NCBI GenBank assembly: GCA_002269645.1 | Contig: NIVC01002789.1 | Coordinates: 62,001-126,000 of the forward strand | Source: Macrostomum lignano | Lineage: Eukaryota | Length of the DNA stretch: 64,000 bases | Reading direction: 5' to 3' | Shown here: piece after piece, positions 48,222-60,473 of the stretch | Layout: every line of letters starts with the position of its first letter | Numbering within the stretch: the first letter of the stretch is position 1 | Notes under the pieces: generated by a model | The model's database searches: none | Seen by the model: the letters and a program-made list of their open reading frames with translations, nothing else | What the model was told of the DNA's origin: nothing | Program-made: the position numbers and the translations under genes

Positions 48222-48466
48222 GCTAAATCAATGACAAAAAGACTGATAGACAAATAGACAAATAGCACAAAATATATAGACAAACTCTATAAGTAGGCCT
48301 ATTACTTTTATAAATTTTGATAAAAAAATTATAGGCCTATTAGTATTACATAGGGGGCTATATTGGCCTACAGCTATATGTAATACAATTAAATTTTGTG
48401 CTAGGCCTAATTTTTCATTTTAGGTCTAATTAGGTTGACAGAATAGAAGCAATCATTCATTTACTA

Positions 48467-48831
48467 TTTTTTTTTTATTAGAGGCAGGGGGGTTGTGTGC
48501 ACCCTGGCGCAATTTAAGCATCATTGGCACACAACCGGCGAGAGGCATTGCTGCCCATTCCGCCGACTCCCCTGAGCAGGCATACAAGCGCGCGGATACG
48601 TACGCAGGCACACACTCACACAGGAGTGTACAGCGGCCCTATCTTTATATTATCGTTAGGCATGTACACTTCACTGCGCCTTGGGGGGGGGTTGGCTCTC
48701 AAGGCCGTTAATTGCACAAGCGAGCCAAGCCGAGATTCCAATCCAGCCCCAAATTAATGTGGCTGCACTTGGAATCGAGCCTGGGTCGCGGCACACCAGA
48801 GCAGCTGCGCTACCGCTGGGCTACGGCCCCC
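48467..48831 (-). mobile_element. tRNA-derived SINE, copy 2 (365 bp), with A-tail and 14-bp TSD
   Basis: Head ggggccgtagcccagcggtagcgc...ggctcgattcc; tail ctctaataaaaaaaaaa; TSD tcattcatttacta at 48453-48466 and 48832-48845. Confidence 0.9.
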
Positions 48832-51800
48832 TCATTCATTTACTAAGGAACCCACAAAATTATCAGTATGATTTTTGTTTTTTGAAGAATATCAAAATCA
48901 AATCTAGCTAGACCCAAGTGGGGAAATTGATGCTAATTTTTAGAAAAATTAATTAGAAAACACATCACTACTTTTGGCATTGCTGGGTACTGATTAATAA
49001 TTACTTGCAAGCTGTGAAGGTTTAGCCATAGGTATAGATAAGGTATAGATAAAAAAGAGCCAAAAAATGAAGCAGTAAAACAAGCAGTATAAACGAATGA
49101 AAATGGACTTATGCCATAAGACAATGTGTAAAACCAACAGCAGTTACAGATGCTGATGCAGAACCAACTTCATGTGGTTCAAGAATGGCTGGCACATTCT
49201 TGAGCAGAAGTAGGCCTAGGCCTATCGCCAATACTAAGTCTGCTTACAACAAAAGAGGCAATTTCATCTCAATCTCTGGTCTAGGAGACAAGTTCAAGAG
49301 CAGATCCATCGTGCAAGATGAGTCCAATAGGCGAGCAGTTCGCCAGCTTCCCCGAGCTGCTGCGGCTGCTGAGGGGCTGATCAAGGCGACACCTAAGGAC
49401 ATGTGGTCAGCGTGGATTAAAGAGTTGCAACATTGCAAGCCGATACCATAGGGCCTAACCATTGACAAGTTCATTCGACAGAATGGCGATAACTTTGAAG
49501 ATTTTCACGATTGGTGATCTGTTTCTCAAAGTTAAAGTTTTGTTGAGTTAAAGATTGTATTTCTAATTTATACGATTATAGGTTCCTCAGTAAACGATTG
49601 ATTGCTTTTGCTATGTCAACCCGATTTAGCTCAAACTTAAGCATTGAATTCATTACATATAGATCATTTTTCTGTAGGCTAATGGTTTATCAAAACCAAT
49701 CGAACAGATGCAGAGATATGAGGGGTGTCTATGAATTTTTTGGACGCACTAAGGTATATTATTAGTGGAAGGCCAGAAGGGCCTTCTTTTTTACAGGTTT
49801 TTTATCATTTTTACCAGAAAATCCAACTTTCTATTGTAGCAAATCTCATCATTGAATTTCAATGGATGCATTTTGGTTTAGTTGGGGGTTAGGATTGTTA
49901 GTGTATATTATCGATGATGTATTTTGTTGTAACTTCCGAAAGTGCGCCCCAATTTAAAAAGCGCTCTCGCATCAGGCCATGTTGGTACCTTTGGTGGAGT
50001 AGTGACGCGGCACCTCGAAATATAAAATCAGAATCGAGTTTGAATTACGTCTCGACAAAGTGCAGGGTCGTTCTCAAATTCTGGGAGGAGGGAAAATTTT
50101 AACAATTTTCGGAACATTTACTATTGTTACTGCCGTATTGAAAATAATAGGACACTTTCATCTGTGAATAAAGATAATTTTTGGGTTGAAATTTATGTTG
50201 CAAAAGTGTTTTAAGTTGTCTTGCGGTATTAGGCGATATTAGGTGATGAAAAAATTCAAATTCAATCACTTCACCGATGTCCTAATTTTTGACACTATGA
50301 TGTCTGTAGCTAAAAAAAGTTGTTGTTGAGTTGAAAACTTGCTATATTACATTTAAAATGAAAGCTTATATAAATTTAATTTAAGATTTTTTTAAAGCTT
50401 AATAAACTGCACTATAAATGATTTTATAGACGCTTAACTGTACGCCTAGCATTTCCGGTGGGATAGCCTCTTTGCGTCTCACAAAATGTATTTTTCAGCC
50501 GACGTCTAGAATGTGCGCTTAAAATGATACATTTTGATGCAGATAATTAGAAAAACATGTCTTATTATCTTTTTGTAAAAAATTGTTATGAAATAGAGCA
50601 CTATTGTTGATAAAAATAATTAAAAGCAACCATGCATCGCAATAAACTCCTACTTTGAAGCACAAAATACATATCCTGTAACCACACTAGCATTCTCCAT
50701 GGAGCACCTTTTGAGCTGAAATTTTACACAGATATCCAGTAAAGTAAACTGAGCAAATGATTTTTTTTGTTTTTGAAAATACTTCAATTTGGCTATGTAT
50801 CAGTTAGTTCATTGGACATATTTATTATATTTTTATTAGAATCCTTGTAACCAAGCTACAGAGAAACATGTGCAAAACTGGACCTTGAAATTTGACCTGA
50901 ATGATCAGCAAATGTGTATCTCGAAATGATTTTTTTTGTTTTCATCAAGTCATTCTATGCTAATTTTTTCTGAAGGGAAAGATACCATGTATTTAGAGTC
51001 AATAGGGGAAGCATTTAGACTTATTCAATAGTCATTAAAATTGCAACTATATTATTATAATATAGTAATAATATTATACATGTATTATATAGTAATATTA
51101 ACTTCTAAGATGCCCTTATAAATTTAGGTAAAGACAACAGGCCTTAATTAATTAATCAGCATTTTGAAGAAACTGACCTTATACAGATGGGCCCCAAGCT
51201 AAGAAATGAATGTAGAGCTTATTTCGTGTAAAGTATAAAAATCAATTTATTATAATAATAAATACTCCTAATAAATTGGTTAAATTAGTTATTTACCTTG
51301 AATTAATTTAATTTAATAAAGAAATATATAAATTTGTTTCACTTCTTACTGCATTTAAATAGAGTACCTCTCTACTATACTATAGAAGTATAGTAAAAGT
51401 ATATGGTAAAAAAGTATAGTAAAAAATTTTCTTTGGTTTAATCCCAGCTTGCCTCAGTTTTTTTGTCTTAATACGAGCTAGATAGTAAGTGTTGATTAAT
51501 TTGCTCCATCACCTTTTGCCACGGAAACAGCACATGTCGGACATGCAACACTCTTCCTGATCCCTGGATTCAAGATGACTGCTTCTGCTTCTTCAATGCT
51601 TGAAAACTGAGCTCATGGAGCTTTAGGTTATGCTGTCAGAGTGCTGCTGCCGGTGCTGTGTGTGTATGTGTGTGTCTTCTGCGGGTAGGTTCCCTGTCCC
51701 TCAGTTTAGCCACTGTTGTGGGCTAACTGGAGGAATTGCCGTTGTCGGTGCTGCAGGTGGCACTACATGGTAGTATTGACGCTGTCAGTGACGCTGGCAA

Positions 51801-54800
51801 AGGCTTGGACGAAGCTAGGTGCCGTCATTGTCAGGAGGACATGCGTGTGCTGCTTAGACCAGTGCGCACATTCGACTGGACTCGTATCTGGTGCAGTCTG
51901 GTGTATTCACTGAGATTGTGTGGATCTGCCTCCTCGCATCACCTCAACCAGGCTCAATTTCTTTTGTAGAATTTTCGTGCGCTGCTTAACTGCATCTTGT
52001 GCCTGCTGAGTGATGCCAAGAATTGTGCCACACAATAATTTGGCCCATAAACTACTCGTATATTATACATATGTATGCACAGCACACACACACGCAGTTC
52101 ATTCACATTTAACGTACTAGTTAATGGAATTCTCATCTCATGAGCTCTAGTCTATGGACAAACCTGAAATTACTAGAATATCTAGACAGATCTAAACTTC
52201 TTTGAGCAGCGCGCTGCGCTGCGAGCAAATACATGTAGATTCCTTAGCGCAACTAATTAATAGTGTAGTACAGTCTACAGCCTGAAGTAGCCTGTGTAAG
52301 ATGCGGAGGGATGATTTTTGCATAGGAAGCCACTACGGTAAGGTTGATGGAACTATGGGGAGGTGAGAGATTCAAAGCGAGGGATGGAAGCCATGCATAG
52401 TTCGATCATAAGTTTGATTATTGCATGAGTCTGGGGATGCATTAACGAGAGGCAGACGAGAGCATAGAAATAAAGCGGGCTAAATATATTAATACACAAA
52501 ATTACATGTACTAGCTAGTAATTTCAGAATGGTCAGCGACTCCTCCGATTTGTATCCGCGACCGCGTGCCCACAAATCCCCGGCAGACCCTGTCGCAGTT
52601 GGTGGTTGTGCACAGAATACAATGTAATAATTCAATTTTGTCTATTTTCCAAAAAGTTTCAAAAAATGAATTAATTAAAATAAATTTGAATTATTTTAAG
52701 TTAATTGGAGTAAAATGTCTAATAAGTAACTATGATTTTTTATTTTAAGTACATGTAGCTTTGGTATAAGTATTAATGTAATGAGTACTTAAAGTAAAAT
52801 CAAGCAAGTTATAGTTTTCAGAAATTATGCTACAAATAATCAAATATATACTAGTATCTGAATTCCTTTATTAAGGAACATGCAGTCGATATTAAATCCA
52901 CAATGTGCTTTTTGGTGTTCAAGGATAGTTACCTGACTTTTTCTATTATTAGTTAGATTTTATTATATTTAATGTAAAAATGAACAATTCTATTCAAGGT
53001 AAAAATGAACATTCTTTATTTGTCGAATCATCTTGCCTTTGAAAAGATACATAGTGAAAACTTGATTTTTAATTCAACCTTTCAAGACTTATTTAGACTT
53101 CTCAATTCAGTGATTAGTTAAACTGATCGAAGTTCTTTCGAGTGCATGCTATAATAATTTCGCACTTTTTCGCACACGATAATTTTAAATGTCTGGGATT
53201 TAGAGCAGAGTAACAAAATGCTGTGCTCAAAAACATTTCCTTTGTCAATTTCTTGTTCTTTTATTTTTGCAAAAGAAATTTAACTGCATATTTAAAATAA
53301 AAATGGAAGAAAATTTTATTTTCTCTTTAATATTTTTGTCGTTTATTTTCCGCAACAAAGAATAACAAATAGCCTTGATTTCTTCTCAATTTCAAGTTTT
53401 CTTGTGGTTTTAGTAGCAGCTTCTTACAGAAATTGTCAAAAGAATTTTTTTGTACGATTATTGGTCAATGTATAAACTTTTTTTGCAATAACAAAAAGTT
53501 GTGACCTAGCTTTGAGAACGACCCTGCAAGTCTTACATTATGCAAGTTCAAATCTGCGCGTTTCTAAGAAAAACACTTCGTTTTGATACACGTATCTTGT
53601 AAGATATTTTCGTAACTTATTTCTTTCTTTTAAACGAACGGAAATTTTAGTATAATATAGACGCGATTTGGGCGAGGAGAAAACAACTCGTTCTGATCAG
53701 CTTCGAATCAGCCTTTCAGCAATTACTGGCTTTAGTTTTTAGGATTTAAAAGATTTAAAAGATTTAAAAGCTCTCGAGCTGCCCCCTCCCACAGAAGATA
53801 TTTGCCCTAGCGCAGCTTGGTGGCATTAGTGGAATTTTAGAGGACAGAGGCAACCTCTACGACAACTTTTGTGGCAGCGTGAAGGCTCAGAGAAACGGCA
53901 GAACTTTGACAGATCAGGAAGCGACACAAATCCGATAGATCTCATCAGAGAAACGGTGAGAATTCGATGGATTAGCGAGAGGATGACTGTGTAATTAGAG
54001 AAACTGGGACATAAGAAATAATATATGGCCAACGCTAATGATGCGATTGCTGTGCTAGCTGAAGAACAACGAAACAGACTTCAAATTATGACCTCAAAGG
54101 ATGTACATGTATGTGAAAATTCAGAGAAGTTCACGCCTGGCCAAGACACCAGGGTCTGGCTGACCGCGTTTGACCAGCGCTGTGAAGCTGAAGGTATTGA
54201 AGAAGATCACCAGAAGCAAGAGCTTCTCGCAACCTGCATGGCTACTGCGTTTGCAGCAGTTCAGCGTCTAAACCTCGATCCCAGATGCCCAGTCAAAGCA
54301 ATGCCGTTGCCTCGACGTCGCTAACACGTCGCAAAATAACGTCGCCAAACCAGCCATTTTGTCGCGCGCGGCGACGTCGCCATTACGACCCCAGGCGACG
54401 TCAGAATTTCACGTACTGGCGACCAAACGACGACCATCTATTACAGATTGCTTAGCACCTTCAATATAGTGCGAATCTCGAAATCATAATTCAATTAATT
54501 TTTACTAAGATTATAGATGAAATTAAACGAAGATTAATAAGCTACCTTGCTCTGGTTAAATATCTTGATTGAATTTATAAATTATTCAATATAATTCAAT
54601 TTAAAAAAGGTTTTTTGTTGGTTTATTTAGAATTTTAGTTATTGTTATCAGAAAAGTAATTTTTACACAGATACACTCAAAGACAAATGATTTTGAATTT
54701 ACAAATTCATTTTGAAGTGCAGATATTTTACTCACTAAGAAGGGTCAAAGGGACAATAAAAAACAGTGTCAAACGAAATTGCTCCAGATTTTCCAGTTAA

Positions 54801-55862
54801 ACCTTACAACATGTTGGCAGCATAATTATACTTAAATCGAACCATTTCCTTCTCATCAAGTCCCCCTCGATTCAGACTGCAGAGAACTAGGTCCTGGAGC
54901 CGGCGACGGAACTGCACTGCATGCACAGCTTGTGGACAAAGCAATTATGCTGCAATGAAATTTATCAGTACATTACATTAGTGACAATTGGACTACAATG
55001 CTGAACATTATCATTTTACAACAGGAAAGAAATTAAGTTTCATTTTTCTAACTTGAAATATCTGACTTTAAGCATTAAGCATACTCACTATTCTTAAAAG
55101 GAAATGGTGGGAAACCAAAAGCAGCCAACTTCGCCATGGTCCTCCACATCGTGACTCAGATGCATCAGGAAATACAGAAATGGAAGTTCCTGCACTTGTC
55201 CAGTTATTGTCTTGCTGATGTCCTGATGGACCTGCTCAATGCTCATGAATGTTCATCAGGCTTTGTGTTGACATAATTTCTTTGGTATTCTGCTGTAATT
55301 AGCTGCAATTGCCTTATCTGGTGCACATGATGGGAGCATGACATTATTTAACTTCTTGGGCAAAGTATGCCATCTGCAATGCAAAATTTGATAAAAAATA
55401 TATCATCTGTATATAAGAAACAAAAAATGAATATTTTTTTCAAGGAAATACATAGAATAAAAGCTTATAAAAATCAATTTTAAATAATCTATAGGTAGCT
55501 ATTATTTAATATAAAGATTTATAGGCCTTTTTAGTTAGTTACATTAATTTAATTATTAATTTATTAGATAATTAGATAATTATTAAAGATGAAAATAAGA
55601 TTAGATATTAAATAATTTTATTAGATTTTATTAGAATTTTTTAATTTCTATCAATAAACTGAGGGATAAAAGGCAAAAAATAATAGGCTTACCTAAAAGC
55701 CAAGTTAGACATAGAAATTGGTTAAGTTTTCAAAGCATAAATTATAAAGCAATTTAAAATAAATAGACAAAATAGGGCCTAAACAATGGCATGCTAATGG
55801 CAATCCCAATACATAGGCCTTGTCATTATAAAACTAAAAGTATAGGCCTAAAAAATGCAAAA

Positions 55863-58562
55863 TGTGACGTTGCCAGTTTGAGGTGGTCCCGAAAAGGGCC
55901 GTCGGACTATAATTTCCCTTGTAATTTCTCATATTAATTCCTCCAATAGTTTATTTTAACGTTTACTTATAGTAGCGTGCAAATAATTTTTATCAACTGC
56001 TAATTCACTGTGTATTTGATAGACCTTGCGCCCGTCTGTAAATTTTGGCACGATCGATAATTTTAAGTTCTCTCGCCAGCCAATGAAAACCACTCGTGCT
56101 TCGCGCTACCCCCCTCTGCGCTCCTTTATTAAACCCCCCGTCTGGCGGCGGGCTGGTTTTTCACTTCCTTCCTTTCCTTTCCCTTCTTTTCTTTCCTTCG
56201 TGCTGTGCTTGTCTGTTCTTCGCGACTCTTGTTTTCCTTCTCTCTGTCTGGGCCAGCCTGTTACACTGCCTGCCACTGTCTGCCACGGCTAACGCCAATC
56301 TCACCACTACGCATCTGCCACTGTTGTGCTCATCGCCGTTACTCACCACGTTGCATCGTCTTGCATCACTCGCCTACCACTCGACTGCAATCTCTAACTC
56401 ACCTTCAATTCAAAACCATTGTTGCAGCCGCCAGTGCCCCAAAGCGCAATAAGTTCTATATTGATATTAACCGCATCGAATATTGATCTCAACAATAAAA
56501 CCAACTACGGCCAGTTTCCGGCCTTGTATGCCAAGTGCTCCGCTACACAAATCCGCTATCAAGACTTGACTCGATTCATTTGGGACTAAAACGGCCCTTT
56601 TAAGGGTCACGGACAACATCAAATAACGTGACATAATTTTGGAGGTCCCACCGAGACCAAGCTCAGCACTGCCGGTTCGCAACTAAGCGCCACTGAGATT
56701 CTGCTCAACATCAACACGTTCGAAACTAAGCACCGCCGAGACCAAGCTCAGCACTGCCGGTTCGCAACTAAGCGCCACTGAGATTCTGCTCAACATCAAC
56801 ACGTTCGAAACTAAGCACCACCGAGACGCCTACTCAGCCCTGCCAGCTCGTAATCAGCGCCATCAAGACTTCCTCTCAGTCCTGCCAGTTTGCAACCAAG
56901 CACCAGCCACCAGCGAGACTTCTGCTCAGCTCTGCCGGCTCGTGACTGAGCACCTGCCAGCCTGTGCCACGCCTGAGGTTCGGTCCGCAAGGCTGCAAGA
57001 GCCTGTGCCACGTCAGGCCCAGGGGTCCTGACTGCCCGGCTGGTCTTCGCTCGTCGCCGCGGGTCGTCGCTGGTCGTCGCCCTGAGCAACGCGCGCTGTC
57101 AACTGCGTTGAGCTCGAGCTTACGCTCTGCCAAGATAGCTCCGCTGTGTGTGCCAAGCCACGCCAGGTTACGCTGTGCGCTGATTGTTTGTAGGGACTAT
57201 TGCCTGACAGTTAGTCTGGGTGGTTTGCGTGATAGGAATCTCCCCTATTATAGGCTTTTTGTGGTTTGCCCCTGTCAGGCACGTATTTTTGTTAGTAGGA
57301 CGCAATCTCTCTCGTCTCTCTCGCGTCATCAACCTCAATTCGTTCTCTCTGGAACCTTACTCTCACTCGTGGTTGCTCCGTTCGCCTCACTCGGGCTCCT
57401 GTCTGAGCTTCATCTCGCACAATGTCCGGCAACGGGGAAGACTTCGGCATGGCGCCTCCCGAGCCTGTGGCGGACCCAGTCGCCGCACAGGCAGTTAATC
57501 CACCAGCCCCAGCCACTGAACCCAGACCCAGCTATGGGCGCCCCATCTGCCCACCCGTTAGGTACCGGGCGTGCCAGGTGTCCGGCCTGCTCCAGCTGTA
57601 GGGTGGCAAGCATTAGTTTGCTCACGCCCTGGGCAAGGCGTTAAACTACCTCCTGTGGCCCCTGTTGGCCACGGGTCCCTGTGGCCCCGCTGTTCTCCGC
57701 CTTCCGCGCCGGTTCTCTCCTTCCTGCCTGTTGGGCGCTTCCGCGCTGGTCCTCTCCCCCCCTGTCTGTTGGGCGCTTCCGCGCCGGTTCCCTCCCTTCT
57801 GCCTGTTTGGCGCGCTGCGCCGTTTCCTGCCTTGGCGCCCCTGCGCGTCTCCGCCTGGCGCGCTGCGCCGTTCTCTGCCGTGGCGCCCTTGCGCCGTTTC
57901 CTGCCTTGGCGCGTGGCGCCGTTTCCTGCCTTGGCGCGTGGCGCCGTTCTTTGCCTTGGCGCGCTGCGCCTTTCTCCGCCTGGCGCACTGCGCCGTTTTC
58001 TGCCTTGGCGCTCCGCGCCGTCCTGTCTCCGCCTTGGGCGCTCCCTCGCCGGTTTCTCCCTCCCGCCTGTTTGGCGCGCCGCGCCGTGTCCCGCCGCCCT
58101 TGGCGCTTGTCGTCGTTCGCCCGCAGTTGTTCGGACTGTGCCTCCGTTCTGTGCCTCTGTGCCGTGCCTCTGCTCTGTGTCCTTTTGCCTCATCCGTCTT
58201 GTCACCTTTGTTCTGTGCTCCTTGCCTCATCTGTCTTGTCACCTCTGTTCGTCCTGTCGTTTTTTTGTGCGTTCGCGTGCCCCGCGCGCTCTGCTCTGCG
58301 CTACTTTTGTAACCAATGTTATTCTCACTGCCATACCTACGTTGACTTTGATTTTCACCATTCATCTACCTGTATTCATTATTTACTGCAGTCTGTTCCT
58401 TTGTTTTCGTATTCCCCTTCAGTCTCTTCACTTCTTTTTGCGAGCGTGTGAAACATCCCATTTTGTTGCGGTGCCGGACCTCGAAAGCCGAGACTTGACT
58501 CGATTCTTTTGGGACTAAAACGGCCCTTTTAAGGGTCACGGACAACATCAAATAACGTGACA
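55863..58562 (+). mobile_element. Non-coding LTR element: 5' LTR 55863-56633, tRNA-Gln PBS, GC-rich interior, and only the last 72 bp of a 3' LTR
   Basis: TG...CA ends. 58491-58562 equals 56562-56633 with one mismatch. Possible 4-bp TSD aaaa (weak, A-run). 85-bp tandem duplication at 56651-56820. Confidence 0.8.
56640..56656 (+). other. Primer-binding site complementary to the 3' end of tRNA-Gln(UUG)
   Basis: tggaggtcccaccgaga is the reverse complement of ...UCUCGGUGGGACCUCCA (animal tRNA-Gln 3' end, from memory), 6 nt after the LTR. Confidence 0.85.
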
Positions 58563-58751
58563 AAAAAATCTATAAACTAACCTCTTAAATTCCTAATTAA
58601 TAGTACACTAGACTAATTTTCAAAATATGAATTTTGGCCAAAGATTAGATTAAATAAAGTTAGGGCCTAACTAGGCCCTATTAACATTAATATGTATCAT
58701 GTATGTCATTATAAATATAAATAATTTTGTAAATCATATCTTATTAGATAG

Positions 58752-59567
58752 TGTGACGTTGTCAGTTTAAGGTGGTCCCGAAAAGGGCCGTTGGACTGCT
58801 GTTTCTCTATAGTTTCAACCCTTCAGTTTCACCGTTTCAACTAAACTTTTCCATTTGTTTATTGCGACGTTTACTTGTAGTGCCCAACGATTTTGTGGCA
58901 ATTTCTAATTCACTGTATATTTTGCTATCTTCTCTCGCAACCGTATAAAGTTGGCACGATCAATAATTTTAAGTTCTCTCGCCAGCCAATTAAATCACTC
59001 GTGCTTCGCGCTACCCCCCCCCTCTGCGCTCCTTTATTAAACCTTCGCCTGGCGGACTGGGGGCTTCACTTGTGTTCTGTGTTCTCTCTCCTTAGGCTTG
59101 TCCTCCGTCCCGTCTGGCTTGCCTAGCCTTGTCTAGCCTTGTTTTCCTTCTCTCTGTCTGGCTGCCTCGAGCCTCCTGACCTCTCGCCACGGCTGACGCC
59201 AACCTCGCCACTGCTCATCTGCCTGCCTACTGCGTCTCACTGCCTTCACTGTGCTCATTGCCATTGCTCATCACGTTACATCGCCATTGCACCGTTCGTC
59301 TGTCACTTGACTATCCAATTTATCTTCAAAGAAACCATTGTTGCAGCCGCCAGTGCCCAGAAAGCTATAGTTTGTTTATTGACATAAATTCTAACTAAGC
59401 CTAATATTGATACTACCAATAAAACCAACTACGGCAGTCCCTGCCTTTATCGCCAAGTGCTCCGCTACAAAATCCGCTTTACAAGAATTGACTTCAACTT
59501 ATTTTGGGACTAAAACGGCCCTTTTAAGGGTCATCGCATAGCTAGCCGCTACGTCAATAACGTGACA
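58752..59567 (+). mobile_element. Solo LTR (816 bp), same family as 55863-56633
   Basis: tgtgacgtt...aacgtgaca with exact 4-bp TSD atag (58748-58751, 59568-59571). Homologous to, but diverged from, the other LTR. Confidence 0.88.
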
Positions 59568-60093
59568 ATAGCCTAGGTCTAGTTAATAGTCTACATTATT
59601 AAATTAAGGCCTAACAATATAAAAGGCCAACTTAAGCTTATAAAATAAAGTCTCTATTATCCCCTTGCTTGTTTTCCCCTATTTAAAGTCCAATTTTTAT
59701 TGCTTTTTTCCAACCCAGCTTTCTAATGTCATTGTAAGCAGAATGACATCATTTGTGTACATAGCATCATAGGTTACTAAGGAACAGGCTCCACTTTATG
59801 AACTTGATTTGACAAGCCTTTTGGTTTGGCCAAAAACACAACACAATATTTATAGGTAGGTAGGCCTAGGCTGAGGCAAAATTAGGTTTGCTTGTTAAGA
59901 TGTAGACAGCACAAAGAAAATGATAAATTTGAATAATCGTTAAAGACAGTTGACCACAGACCTCTATCATCTTATAAATATAAGTTCATACAATATTATA
60001 CCACACAAGGTACAGAGATCAAATGCAGAAATTATTATTTAGCTACTTCTGTCACTATTAATCAGTATAAATTTACTTATTGTCAAAAGAAAC

Positions 60094-60473
60094 GGGTCTC
60101 CCTAAAACACGCACCGCACCGCCCCGAACCGCTACACATTATAACATTTTTTGTCAATGCAGAATTTGATTTCAAAGAAAACAATTTGTTGTAAGAGTAA
60201 TGTAACAAATATCTTTAATTATTATTTTAAATATTATTATTATTTTTTATATTCTCGTTTTCATTACTAAATTATATTATTATTATTTTATTAATATTAT
60301 TATTAATATCACTTATTAGTCACCGAATTTTATATTTCGAATTTAAAAAACTAAATTTAATAAAAACTTTGAAGCTTAACAGCAAACGCATTTTGAAGTG
60401 TCTTCAGTTATAGTCCAATTTGTTTTAATGTGTAGCGCTGCAGGGCGGTGCGGGGCGTGTTTTAGGGAGACCC
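60094..60473. mobile_element. MITE with ~53-bp TIRs and 8-bp TSD (Merlin- or MULE-like), 380 bp
   Basis: TIR gggtctccctaaaacacgcaccgcaccgccccgaaccgctacacattataaca vs gggtctccctaaaacacgccccgcaccgccctgcagcgctacacattaaaaca. TSD aaagaaac (60086-60093, 60474-60481). Confidence 0.88.

Noticed and set aside
48750-48831. tRNA-like sequence (also 34790-34862)
   Set aside because: It is the SINE head: variant B-box, no proper acceptor stem, and it continues into the SINE body.
49185-49520. ORF ending ...FIRQNGDNFE, reminiscent of a Tc1/mariner C-terminus
   Set aside because: Only a short motif with wrong spacing, no DDE/D residues and no TIR pair.
57558-58518. Several 200-300-aa Arg/Gly/Ala- or Cys/Leu-rich ORFs inside the LTR element
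   Set aside because: GC-rich ~25-bp repeats keep many frames open; no gag, pol or env motifs.
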